The notes under the pieces were generated by a model, which was not told where the DNA came from, searched no databases, and saw nothing but the letters and a program-made list of their open reading frames with translations. Shown in pieces: positions 46,001-57,400 of a stretch of DNA of 64,000 nt (its first letter is position 1; every line of letters starts with the position of its first letter). The position numbers and the translations under genes were made by a program. This DNA comes from Blastocladiella emersonii ATCC 22665 (taxonomy: Eukaryota > Fungi > Blastocladiomycota): contig JANHCV010000015.1 of NCBI GenBank assembly GCA_025594325.1, positions 62,001 through 126,000 of the forward strand, written 5' to 3'.

Positions 46001-47224
46001 GGCCTCGAGCTTGGTCTTGCAGTAGTCGGGCCCTTTCCACGACTTGCCGTTGATGTTACACTGGACGCGGAAGCAGGTGCCGCTCGGGATCGGCACGCCG
46101 CGCTCGCGCTTGGCGTCCGGGTACCCGATCTTGACGTTGCGGTCCTCCTTGAACATGGTGTCGCGCAGCAACTGCTTGGGCACCTTGCCCGTCCACCCGA
46201 TGGTCGAAAACTCGCGCGCCTCGGGCGTCTTGTACGTCGACGGCACGTCCGAGTGGTCGAGATCGAACACGTTGAGCGAGTCGAGGTCGATGCCCAGGTC
46301 CTCGGCGGTCGACTTGGCGGGCTTCTTGGGCGACGAGGCCGCAGCGGCGCCGTCAGAGGCAGCAGCGGCAGCAGGGGCCGCAGCGGGCTTGGCGGCGTCG
46401 GACTTGGGCGAGGCCGAACCGCCAGCAGCGGCGGCAGACTTGGCGGCCGCATCACCGCCCTTGCCGCCGCGACCGCGCGCGCGGCCCTTGCCCTTGGCCG
46501 CCTTCTTGGCCGCCTCCTCGGCCTCAGCCGCGGCCTTCTCGGCGGGCGTGGGCTCGGGGAGGCCCTGGTGGTAGTACACCTTGTCGGCGAACCCGCGCGG
46601 GAGCCGCTCGCCCGAGACGGTAAGGCACACCGTATGCGCAACATTCTGCACGTCCCACGGCGCGGGCGCGCGCTTCATGGCGGCGTGCACGATAGCGCGG
46701 TCGAGCCCGAGATGCTGCTCGAGCGTGACGTGGACGAGGTGGAGGTCGCGCATCAGTTTGCTCACGTCCTCGGTCGGCACGCGGAGCCGCGGCGGCGCCG
46801 GCGCGGGCTCGCCGCCGTTGCCGAGCCCGAGCGTCTCGGGGATCTTGGTCACCAGGTAGTCGACGAGCATCCGCTCGCACCGCACGGGCAGCGCCACGGG
46901 GACCGCGTTCGCCGACGCGTCGTCGCGCAGCTTGGTGATTTCGGTCCCGATCCGCGCGACGCGCGCGTCGCGCGCGAAATCGGCCAGGTGCTTGGACACG
47001 GCGTCGTCGGCCGACGCCGCGGCCTTCTCGGCGGCCTTGGCCGCCTTGAGGTCCTTCTTCTTGGGCTTCGGCGGCGCAACCGGGTTGCGGACAAGCGGCG
47101 CCGGCGCGGCCTCCTCCTCAACGACGGCGGCAGCCGCGGCAGCGACCTGCTTCTTGGACGGGGTCGACGTCGTCGCGAAGCCGCGCGCGTTGGCCGCGGC
47201 GGCAGCGGGTTTCTTCTTGGCCAT
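43072..47224 (-). CDS. DEAH-box RNA helicase, DHX29/DHX57-like, multi-exon
   Basis: N-terminus MAKKKP...RGFATTSTPSK; LPVWEYR, GETGSGKSTQVPQF, QPRRISA, DEVHERS, MSAT, STNIAETGVTIPD, QRQGRAGR; introns near 45738-45800 and 43360-43420. Confidence 0.92.
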
Positions 47225-47591
47225 GTTGCAGCAAGTGGCGAGTGTGATCCGTTGCAAGTGCGGGGTGGATGGGGAGGGACAGGTGAGAAAGGCGCGAGGG
47301 CGACTTGGCTTCACCGCAGCCGTGTTTCGCAGGTCACGCCGGTCACGTCGATGTGATCGACGCGACTCAGCTTCCACTTCTTTCGATAAAGCGAGCACCG
47401 TGGAATAGCTTGCGTCTACTAAGCTGTTCAACTGACTGGAGAGTGAGCTACCTACTATTCTCGCCCGCTTACACGCACGCACTACGACCTCGCAGTCGAA
47501 ATCGCCGTCCACCACAATCTAATCAATGCGACTCGAGGATTGAATAAAAGGAATGAACCTGAGAGTCTTAAATATATGCAAAAATAGTATA

Positions 47592-50070
47592 TTAGTTGAT
47601 CTGGAGCGTTTTCAGATTCGGAAACCCACGCTCCTTAAGCGCAGCGGCACCCGCTTCGCCAATCCCGCTTTCAGCAATCTGGAGCTCGCGAATGCTGTCA
47701 GGCAAGTGAAGCGCAAGTGCCCACCCTCCAGCATCACCGAGTTTGTTGCGCCGCAAGTCCAGGTAGCTGAGCTTGGGTGGCAGCTGAGAGGCAAGCGCTT
47801 CTGCGCCATCAGGGCCAAGATCGCATCCGCTGAGATCGAGCGACTCCAAGGATCGCGGCAGACGTGCCTCGGCTATGGCGCGCGCACCGCCGTCGCCAAG
47901 CGGGTTATCGGCAAGCGAGAACGTGACCATTCCTTTGGTCAGACGCGACACAACCGCGCGTGCACCGCTGGCAGTGAGCCTGTTGTCGCTGAGTTCGAGT
48001 TTTTCGAGTACGCCAGGCAAGTCAGGCGCAAGTATTTTCGCGCCCTCGTCCGTGATCCCCGTGCATCCAAGCCAGAGCTTTGCGACCTTGGGCGGGATCG
48101 AGGGCGCAATGGCTTCAATTCCGGCGTCGCCAAGCAAGGGGTTATCGCGCAGGTCCAGCACCGTGAGGTCCGCAGGCATATTTGCCTTCAAAGCGGCAGC
48201 AAAGTCTGGGCCAAGCCCATTCCCCGCCAAGCCAAGTTCCGTGAGCTGGCGTGGGAGAGTGGTGGTCAGGGCCGAAGCGCTACCGTCGCCAATGCTGTTG
48301 TACCCGAGGTACAGTACTTTGAAGTACTGTGCTGTGTCGATAGCCACGGAAAGGGCAAATGCGGTGCCAAGCTCGTTTTTTTCGACTTCAAGTCGAACGA
48401 GATCGCGGGGCAGGCTCTGCGCGAGCGCAAGCCCACCGGCAGGACCAACGCGGTTCCCGTTGGCAACGAGTGACTGCAGCGTGGGCGGTAGCGACGGTGC
48501 GAGAGAGGCCATGCCAAGGTCGCCGATGCGGTTTCCCTCAACGTTGAGCTCAATCATGGAGGAATCGGAAAGACATTTAGCGAGCCCCTCGGCACCGTGG
48601 TCGCCAATCTGGTTCATGTGGATACACAGACGAAGAATGTTGCGCGGAAGATTTGCACCAATTGCAACTGCACCAGCATCGGCAATCCCGTTGCGATCAA
48701 GGATAAGCTCCTTGATGGTCGCTGGAAGTGCAGGTGCAAGAAAAGCGCAGCCATCATCGCCGAGATGGTTCGTTCCAAGGTTCAGCCTAATCAAGGCGAG
48801 TGGAAGTCCTGCAACAGCAAGCGCCTCGGCTCCGCGTGCGCTAATCCCGTTTGCACCAAGGTAGAGAGTACGGAGCCAACGTGGAAGCGCAGGAGCGAGG
48901 ATCTCAACTCCGTCATCGCCAAGCTGGTTGCAGTCAAGGATCAGTGCGGTAAGGGTCGTTGGAAGCCCAGACCCAGAAACAAGCGCGGTGATTGCAGTGG
49001 AATCAAGCTGGCAATTGGTCAGATTGACCGAGACGAGGTTTTGCAACCGAAATGCAACTGCATAGGCAAGGATCTCGAGCCCGGCGGCGGTGACGTGGTG
49101 ATCGTTGAGGGACAAGGTCCTCCCATCGCCAAGGGCGAGCTCGAATCGGCCAGCCCACAGCGCATGGTCAGCTTCAGTGACGGGAGATGGCCCGCTCCAG
49201 ACCTATGCGTTGAACGATTGGTAAGTTGTCCGTACTTGGGTCAATTATTGCGGCAGAAGCGTACCTCGAAGTGGGCCTCTGCACTGGGAGGTTGTAATGG
49301 TGAACCGCGCGCAATTGCGTCCATTTCTTGGGCGATCACGTCAAACAACGGCCGCGAGCCCCAACGTTTGTCCCAACACTGCTCCATGAGCGCCCACATG
49401 GCCGATGTAGTTTCCAGTCGAGCCGGACGCAAGCCATCCCGAATATGCATGGACACGAGCCAAGGATCCGTGTTTGGCCAGGGTACAGTCTCGGCAATGA
49501 CCTCGTACGCGACCATGGCGAATGCAAAGCGATCGGGCTCAAATCGAGGAGAGACCCCAGGCACATACCGCTCGGGTGCAATGTACCGCGGGTTTCCAAA
49601 GCTGCCGACGGTGAATCGCGAGAGATGCGCAGAAGGGGTTGCGAGTCGCTTTGAGATGCCAAAATCGGAGAGCTTGGCTTGCCCGTCGCTGTCGACAAGA
49701 ACGTTATCCGCGCGTAAGTCGTTGTGCGCGATCTCGCGCGAGTGGAGGTAGTCCATCTCGTGTGCGACGTCGGCGAGAAGTCGAAACTTGACGCCATCGG
49801 GTTTGCCGCGTGAGTAAAAGTTAAGAGACCCGTTCGCCATAAATTCCAAGACCAAGCGCGGCGCAAGTGCCCGAAGGGCTGGATGAGGCAGGATGCCCCC
49901 GAAGTCGACTGTGCAACAGTCTTGTCCGCAAGTGCAAGCGTCGCTAAAAGCGCGGCGCGAAAGACGCGGAGGACATGTGCCTTGTCGCTCGAGACAGTTG
50001 CCAAGTCGAGTGCTGTGATCCATTCGCGAAATCTGCCCACGAGGGCATGCAGCAGTTCATCTGTTTTCAT
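47592..50070 (-). pseudogene. Kinase (TKL-like, N-lobe missing) spliced to a C-terminal RNI-like leucine-rich repeat array; 5' frame break
   Basis: LVLEFMANGSL, IAHNDLRADNVL, KLSDFG, YIAPE, MEQCW. Phase-0 intron 49264-49203 fuses the kinase in frame to about 17 LRRs (LxLxxNxIGDxGAxALA). No GxGxxG or VAIK motif found; frame change near 49910. Confidence 0.65.
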
Positions 50071-50280
50071 GGTGACTGTGCGGATTGATACATGGGCAGT
50101 GGGTTCGGAGAGCGAGGATCGGCGGCGGGGCGTCGCGCGCTCCCGATCACCGCTGCGGCTTCCTGAAACGCTCCCGACCTGACGCTCACACGTGCGTGTG
50201 GACCCGCGGCACGTCCCCGCTCCCGCGCATTCACCACACACGCATGAAATCTCATGGATGAATCTGATTGACTATATGCA

Positions 50281-52560
50281 ATGAACTACATGCAACAAAT
50301 GGACCTCCCGTCAGACGTGCTGGAGCAGGTTGTTGCGCTTGCATCGCCCCGGTCAGTGCTCGCTGCGGCTTCGCGAGCGGTCCACGCGACTGTCGCTTCC
50401 GGACACTTGCAGTACATATGGCTTCGTCGTGTGGTCATACTCGAAAACGAGCTCCGAGGCGTCAAGCCCGACTGGTCCCGTACGAGCGTCCCGATTCGGA
50501 CGCACATGAACGCGTACCTTGGCCGTCTACTTCGTGCTGACCGCGCAGCGCGCGCTGCTGTGATACGCGGCGACCATGCTGCTCGGCCAGTACACCCGTT
50601 CACCAACGAAATGCTGACGCGCCTTGTCCTTGCGACCCGCGCCGACCTGCAGCAACGGAGTGGACTTGAGCGAGAGGGGCTGACGTCCTACATTACCACC
50701 TTAACACAAGCTGCCGGCGCTACTCCTGGTGGTGCTGCCGCGTGGCATCCAATCTTGCTCGTGTTGCAAATTGCCATCTTTCTTGGGCTGGTGGGTGATC
50801 TCGACCTAGTCCAACATCTCGATTCCAGTTTCAAGCATCACTTGCGTACCTTTTATCCCTTCGCTGTCAAAACAATCGACCTATTTCACCTCGGTTGCGA
50901 ATTGGAGCCCAAGGCCATGCGGTCGCTCTACCGGTGGTCGGGACCGCGCAAATCGGGACGGTTTCCCGTGCTTATTCTTCTCTCTTATCTCGCGGCGCTT
51001 GCCGTGTTCCAGTGGGACTTTGACTCGGTCGCGCGCCTCGAGCAGCCGCCGTTTGGGTTCAAGGTCGACACCGTCATCAAGCATGCTGCTAGCGAGTGCG
51101 GATTGCGCCTTCTCCAGGACTACGCCACGTTGGGCCATCTGCGCAACGATACGATTCTCGCCCAACTCCAGTGGTTCAAACGCAACGGTTGGATCCCGGA
51201 ATATCAATCTTTGCCGTTCTGCGCTGAGCTATTCTTTGCTCGCGGGGACGTGGAGCTCATTGCGGCCGTGTACAACGCCTACGACCGCAACCTGGGGGTT
51301 GCTGCCAACTTTGGCCCCAATCTCGCGACCGGTGCAAGCGAACGGGCGGATGATCCGGATTTTGATGCAAGCCTTGCATCGTCTTTCCAGAACCGATATG
51401 TTGGCGTCCACGAGTTACGCGTGCTCTCAGCGGTTGGTATCCGCGCGAAGCGCCTCATCATCCAACAACTTGAAGGCGCGCTGCGCCGCTGCGACCGCGC
51501 AATGCTCGATCATGCCAAACAAATTCTCAGCCCGTACAAGCTCAAGGATAAGTTGGAAGATGGTACATCTCTCTTTGCCCTTCTCCGAATGACCACCACT
51601 TACGACTTGCTGGCCTTTGTTGCGTTAGCGCTAGAGATCGTCTCAAAGTTGACCACGCTTGACCAAATTGCTTTCTCGCTCTCCGCAGCTCTCGAAATCG
51701 GGGTCCCATTCGGCGAGTTCCTTGGGTACGACAAACGAAACCTGAACCAAATTCTCGCGACCTTCCCGACAATTGCACAGACTCTGCTCAGCTCTCCGCA
51801 CTCGCAGAGTCCCGCGACCATCTTCACTCAGCTTTTCTACGAGCCCGAGTCGAACCGCGAACTTCTCAAGACCGACGCTGCGTTGCACCTCGCCGAACTC
51901 ACCGTTTACGTCCTCAATCACCCAGAGCATCACGCTTACGCGCTGGACGTGATTCGAGGCGTCGATGGCATCCACGCCGGTTACTACTACATTGATCTCT
52001 TGCTCCTCAAGCACGCGCTTTCCCCATCCGAGTGCTCGCTTGACAATCTTTCCACCACGCTTCATCCCGACGCACCCGCCTTCTGGACTCCTTGGTGCTT
52101 AGCACTCCAATCAATCCTCGCCATGTTCCCCAAGCAGCTGCGGCGGTCGGGCATGGGCGGGCCGTACTTTCCGCGCGCGACCTTCTTCTCAACGGACGAC
52201 AACCTCCAGGCGCGACTCGAGGCCGAGGCCGCTGATCCCACTTCCTGTGACTTTACCATGCTGACAAGGCCGCTTTTGACCGAAGTCCTGATCCCCATTG
52301 ACGCCAAGTGGGTGTGTCGCGATTTGCTCAAGCTCACCAGCACGTGTCCGCAGTGGAAGAAGGATCTCGTCCCTGCCGTTTTTCACGACACGGAGTGGAG
52401 CGACGACGAGATCACTGACGAGGAGGACGCAGAGGACGAGCAAGCTGCCAACTCGTCCGCTCCTGTGCTCATGTACATGAATTCGCTGCAGTCCATGGAT
52501 CCCCACTTGTCAGATTACAGTGTGAGCGATTGGAGCGGTTCCAGTCCCGACTACGCGTAA
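50281..52560 (+). CDS. 759-aa orphan protein, F-box-like N-terminus, acidic C-terminus
   Basis: Uninterrupted ORF; MDLPSDVLEQVVALASPRSVLAAASRAV; tail DDEITDEEDAEDE. Confidence 0.7.
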   Translation: MNYMQQMDLPSDVLEQVVALASPRSVLAAASRAVHATVASGHLQYIWLRRVVILENELRGVKPDWSRTSVPIRTHMNAYLGRLLRADRAARAAVIRGDHAARPVHPFTNEMLTRLVLATRADLQQRSGLEREGLTSYITTLTQAAGATPGGAAAWHPILLVLQIAIFLGLVGDLDLVQHLDSSFKHHLRTFYPFAVKTIDLFHLGCELEPKAMRSLYRWSGPRKSGRFPVLILLSYLAALAVFQWDFDSVARLEQPPFGFKVDTVIKHAASECGLRLLQDYATLGHLRNDTILAQLQWFKRNGWIPEYQSLPFCAELFFARGDVELIAAVYNAYDRNLGVAANFGPNLATGASERADDPDFDASLASSFQNRYVGVHELRVLSAVGIRAKRLIIQQLEGALRRCDRAMLDHAKQILSPYKLKDKLEDGTSLFALLRMTTTYDLLAFVALALEIVSKLTTLDQIAFSLSAALEIGVPFGEFLGYDKRNLNQILATFPTIAQTLLSSPHSQSPATIFTQLFYEPESNRELLKTDAALHLAELTVYVLNHPEHHAYALDVIRGVDGIHAGYYYIDLLLLKHALSPSECSLDNLSTTLHPDAPAFWTPWCLALQSILAMFPKQLRRSGMGGPYFPRATFFSTDDNLQARLEAEAADPTSCDFTMLTRPLLTEVLIPIDAKWVCRDLLKLTSTCPQWKKDLVPAVFHDTEWSDDEITDEEDAEDEQAANSSAPVLMYMNSLQSMDPHLSDYSVSDWSGSSPDYA

Positions 52561-52727
52561 TCAGCTGCGGTGATGCTGCCGCGCCGCGAGTAGTATTCCG
52601 CGTCTGTCACATGACCGCGTTGCTCATGTCGGCGATGTTGGTCGCGGGCGGGCGAGGCTCAGTGCTGAGAATAAAACGCGTGAATTAATTTCGATTATAC
52701 ATAGCTTTACACGTTGTGCCGTGCACA

Positions 52728-54736
52728 TCAGTCTGGTCCAAAGGCACGCACCAGGAACTCGTCGGGAAAGGTTCTGCGCATGAAGGTGTCATCGCCTTCG
52801 CACAAATAGAGCATAAATTCCCCGAAGCGAACTGGATCGTGGGACCCCGCGGCATGAAGCACGGTTCTGGCCAGCGAGGCCTCGCGGATGGCGTCATCAT
52901 TTTGGTGAATGGCAGGTTTTGTCATGGTCCGGCAGAGCGCCACGATTGGTGCGTGCACTCGCTCAACGAGGTCCTGGTTGTACTCGTCCAAAATTTCCGA
53001 TGGGCACATGGAGAGGAGGCTTAGCCACGCGGGGACAACAAGCTCGTTCTGAAGCAGCACGAAGTTGTCGTCGAACAAGCCCCAGGTTCTCTCCGAGCAC
53101 TCGCTTGAGACTGCAACCAAAAGCGCCGCATACGCGGTCGACCATCTGTCGTAGCTCCCGTTGCCGGGAGGGATCAGTCGGTCGAGCAAGCGGCCAGCAT
53201 CGGGCTCAACCAGGACTGGGAGTAGAGTGGTTGCGAGCGTGCCAAGCAGGTTTCGGTCGTAGACGTATTCGCGGTCAAGGAGCAGCTCGAACAGCCGGCC
53301 GGCAATGACCATGCGAGTCTCGATGCCACCGATGCCAAGCGTTTCGAGATCAAAGCCAAACCCGCGGTCTGCCAAGGTATCGAGTCGCTCATTGACGATC
53401 TCGACTGTCGTGGCACGTCCGCACCGCTCAATTCCAAGCGATATCAGCTTTGAAATGGTCGTTTGATCGTCAGAGTAGGATTGGTTATGCGCTTGCATTA
53501 TGAGACCAAGGAGCTGCTGCAGTTCGACGCCCTGCGTGTCGAGGAGAAGCCGCTCCAGCATGGGTTCAGTCCAGTTCATGTCCATGATCTGGAACACAAG
53601 TGGCCCCCAGTACTGGAATTCCGCTATCCACGGCCACGCGGTAACGATAGCAAAGGCGGGCTCAATGCGATCCTTGCTGATCCAGCGGAGGAGCGCACTG
53701 AGGAACAACTCTCGCTGGTTGCCATGGAGCAAACTGGCAAGTCGGTCGCGGTCATATCTCTCGAAAACGCGTAGCAGTTTGTCCGAATCAAAGTGCTTGG
53801 GGTCAAGGTAGGCACAAATTGCAGCTGATGGGGTCAAATCCAAATAGGTCGACGCAAGCCGTAGGGTCCAACCTCGCTCCACGAGGTAATCAAGGACCCG
53901 GCAGGATACATCGAGCTTGTGATCGTTGACGCACGCGAGAAAGGCCGAATAAACGAGTGGTGTTTCGAGCGCTGCCATGACTGCGTCAGGGCGCGAAAGG
54001 CTGCCTCGAGCGCACCAAGATTCATGTGCATAGCAGCCGATATCGCGACAAAACTCACAAAGTCGACGCGAAGCATCGGTTCAGCGACCGTGACCTGCTC
54101 GGACAGCGCAAACCAGAGATCCTGGATTTTCAGCTGAATGAGATGCGTGCGGTCGGGAAACCACGTCAGCATCGTGTGCTGCGAGACGCGCGCCTCGAGC
54201 GCGAGGATAGGAAGCGAACGAACGAGCGTCGCGAGGGCGTAGTCGAGATCCGGCAAGTAACTCGCTGCTTCAAAGTACAAGGCGAGAGCCATTGCGTCAA
54301 CGGCACGGCCTGGTTCAGAAGTATTGTGGGCTCCAGGGGCAGCGGTTTCTGCCGCCTCGATGCGATCCGAGAGCGCTCGCTGCTGAGAGACAGAGCTGCG
54401 TCGGAGCGGCTGGACCAGAGCGTCAAGGAGCCGTGTTCCAAGAGGGGGACGCGGGATGCCATCAAACGCGCCATGCAACGAGAGTGCGGCGCTTGCACAA
54501 CGGGCAACGCTGGAAACGCGCTGAGGAGCGCCATCGATGGTTTCGGGCGCAGCTCTGCACAAGCGCTCCGACAGTGCGCCGCCCACGCGATTGAACCAAA
54601 CGAGCAACAGGAACGAGCGGTTGACAGCAGCGTCGGCGAGGACGCGCGACGCGCTCACGACCCGACCCGAAGGCGTGCTGAGCGCGACCATGAGCTCCAC
54701 CGCTTCATCGGGAAGTAAAGCAAATTCGTAGTTCAT
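52728..54736 (-). pseudogene. Tandem F-box-like family copy 1 (frameshifted)
   Basis: MNYEFALLPDEAVELMVALSTPSGRVVSASR. Relative to copy 2 (FKHHPQPDTVMAA), about 10 nt are missing near 53993, which shifts the frame into ORF 52728..53978. Confidence 0.75.
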
Positions 54737-54857
54737 GGTGTTGTTCATTCGATACATCGCGCTTCCATTGCGGGAGAGAGAGCGCTCCGCGGCACGCCGA
54801 CACAAACTTGACCGCTCGCCCAAACGAGGGCCTGACAGGAGTGGCAGCTCCGACCCG

Positions 54858-54872
54858 CTGTGGCGCAACGCG
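54858..54872. promoter_or_regulatory. Conserved 15-bp upstream motif of array copy 1
   Basis: CTGTGGCGCAACGCG, identical upstream of copies 1-3. Confidence 0.5.
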
Positions 54873-55074
54873 TTCTCGTCGCGCCTCGCCAGCTCGAAAG
54901 TGGACGTATTGTTGATTTCGGGTTGGTTTCAGTTCAAGTACTGGTCAAATCCCGCCCCTGTCCTAATCACCCCCGTTCCAATATCCTTGCGCGGGAAATA
55001 TACTATATCCTCACGCCAAACCCGCCGCACCGTTCCGTTACCCACCTCGCATGCCTGCTATCAAATGCATCCCT

Positions 55075-57063
55075 TCAATCGTTCATCACGTTGTAGAGTA
55101 CACGGCGCACAAGCCTCCCGTCACCCTTGAACAATGTAAGTAGAAGCGAGGTAAAACGAGTGGAGGAGGCGTGATCCGCCGCAGCGCGGAGCGCATCACG
55201 CGCAAGTTCCAGCTGGTACTGGGCGGCCGCTGAATGCGATGCGGCTGTCCCGAGGACAACACGACAAAGGTCGCGAAGCGGGTCGAAAGTCAACCAAGTG
55301 AAGTGCACGTCGTGCCTGTTCACGATCGCGGACGGACAGACGGAAAGAAATCTGCGCCATGCCGGGATAAGTCGTTCCATGAAGTACAGGTGATTTGACG
55401 CTGGCTTGCACTCGCCAGCCACGGCGACGAGGAACGAGGCGTAGGTAATGCTCCAGCGGATCAAAGTGCTTTGAATACCCCTGCCAGGGATAATATGTTC
55501 AACGTGGCCTTCAGAGTTGAGCAGAACTGGGACTAGAGTTGTAGCGAGGGCGCCAAGCAGGTCTTGGACATCATTTTCCTCGGCGTGGAGAAGCAGCAAG
55601 AGCCGACCGGCAATGATGATGCGATTGTCGATACCACCAACGCCAAGTGCTTCAAGCTCAATTCCAAACTTGCAGTTGGCAAAAACATCCAGGCGCTTGA
55701 TGACGAGGTCGAAAGTTGAAGCTTGCCCGCACCGCGCAATAACAAAGGGGATAAGTCGTGAGATAGATGTCAATGCTTCGGAGCAGGACGCCGAAGCCTC
55801 GTGTAGGATGCACCTGATGAAATTCAGCAGCTCGCTGCCCTGTGCGCCAAGCAGAAGGTAATCGAGTACGTCGTCCGGGCAACCTATTTCCATGGCTCCG
55901 ATCACGAAGGGTGCCCAGTAGCGGTGTTCCATGAGCCACGGCCAAGCGCGAGCAATCGTGAAAACCGCCTCAATACGACTTTGGTGGATCCAGCGAAGCA
56001 ACGCATCGCGGATCAATTCGCGCTGAACCTCGTCAGTCACATCGGCGAGGCGAGCGCAATCGTAATTTTCGAAGATACCGAGTAGTTCGTCAACCGTGAA
56101 GTGATCTGGGCCGAAATAGGTGAACATGGCAGCGCTTGCAGCCCACTGAATCCGCGGATCTGAGACAGCGTGGACCTCCGGGGCCCAGCCATTCCCGATC
56201 AGAAGGTCAAGCACGCCACAGGAGCTGGTGTATTCGGCACCATCGATACAGCCGAGAAAGGCCCGATAAACGCAGGGCGTAGCGTGTGCGGCCATGACCG
56301 TATCGGGTTGTGGGTGGTGCTTGAAGACAGTCAAAATTGATTCGGGATGCATGTGCATGGCTGCCGAAATCGCAACGAGGATGAGAAAGTCCGCGCGAAC
56401 CACGTCGCCAGTGAGATCCGCTTGCCCTCGCAACTCGTGAGCGAGCCCCTCGATCTGTCGATGAATCTTGAAAGTGAAGTCTGGGATAAACTCGAGTAGG
56501 CACTGCAGGGGAGCAAAAGGGTCGACGGCCAGCAGTGGAAGCGAGCGGACGAGCACCTCCAGGGCGTGGTCGAGACCTGGCAAGTTATTGGTCGACTCGC
56601 AGTAGAGCGCAAGCGTCATGAGGTCCATTGTTCGAACTGCTTTGTCATGGTTGTAACTGTGCTGCTGCCCGGCGAAAATGCAAGCTCGAAGCGCGCGTTG
56701 CCGTGCGACAGAGAGACGGCAAAGGGGCCACGTCAGCGCGTCAAACAGTGGTCTGCAAAGAGGAGGACGTGGTACATCATCAAAACTGTCTCGTAAAAGG
56801 ATCGAAGCGATCGCGCATTGGGCTACGGCAGTCCTGCGGTAGATGGCGCGGTCGCGCACAAGGCAGTCTTCGGGCACAGCCCCGAGAAGACGAGTAGATA
56901 GCGGATAGCTGACGCGATCGAACCACGAGAGCACGAGGAGCGGTCGCCCGGCGGCAGCTTCAACAAAAATACGAGAGGCGCTGATAATCTGAGATGAGGG
57001 CGCGCAGAGCGTGGCGATGACCGTCACGGCCTCGTCGTGGAGATGCATGAAGTTGAAGCTCAT
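55075..57063 (-). CDS. Tandem F-box-like family copy 2 (intact)
   Basis: MSFNFMHLHDEAVTVIATLCAPSSQIISASR; uninterrupted ORF to the stop at 55075. Confidence 0.8.
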   Translation of the reverse strand: MSFNFMHLHDEAVTVIATLCAPSSQIISASRIFVEAAAGRPLLVLSWFDRVSYPLSTRLLGAVPEDCLVRDRAIYRRTAVAQCAIASILLRDSFDDVPRPPLCRPLFDALTWPLCRLSVARQRALRACIFAGQQHSYNHDKAVRTMDLMTLALYCESTNNLPGLDHALEVLVRSLPLLAVDPFAPLQCLLEFIPDFTFKIHRQIEGLAHELRGQADLTGDVVRADFLILVAISAAMHMHPESILTVFKHHPQPDTVMAAHATPCVYRAFLGCIDGAEYTSSCGVLDLLIGNGWAPEVHAVSDPRIQWAASAAMFTYFGPDHFTVDELLGIFENYDCARLADVTDEVQRELIRDALLRWIHQSRIEAVFTIARAWPWLMEHRYWAPFVIGAMEIGCPDDVLDYLLLGAQGSELLNFIRCILHEASASCSEALTSISRLIPFVIARCGQASTFDLVIKRLDVFANCKFGIELEALGVGGIDNRIIIAGRLLLLLHAEENDVQDLLGALATTLVPVLLNSEGHVEHIIPGRGIQSTLIRWSITYASFLVAVAGECKPASNHLYFMERLIPAWRRFLSVCPSAIVNRHDVHFTWLTFDPLRDLCRVVLGTAASHSAAAQYQLELARDALRAAADHASSTRFTSLLLTLFKGDGRLVRRVLYNVMND

Positions 57064-57179
57064 GGTCAGTTCATTTGATACATGGGCTTGCGGTTGCTGG
57101 GGGGGAGAGAGCGTTCGGCAACGGCGCCGACGCTTTTCCCACCGTTCCGACGGCTGACAGAGTTGACACCTCCGACAGA

Positions 57180-57194
57180 CTGTGGCGCAACGCG
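57180..57194. promoter_or_regulatory. Conserved 15-bp upstream motif of array copy 2
   Basis: CTGTGGCGCAACGCG about 117 nt 5' of the ATG. Confidence 0.5.
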
Positions 57195-57400
57195 CCTTCG
57201 CCTCACTCAACATGCTCTCCAACAGGTGCATACAGTACGCAAGTCGTAATGCTCTCATGCTTCAGTAACGGTGCTCTTCAGAAGTCGCCTCCCTCTTCGA
57301 CACCCGCTTCACAAACTGCTCCTCATAAATTGGACCGTGTTTTGCTCCAAGCTCGCTTCACCACATTCCAACTCGCGTAGCTGCTTACGAATACATCGCT

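Noticed and set aside
44903-47356. 817-aa plus-strand ORF
   Set aside because: Antisense shadow of the DEAH helicase.
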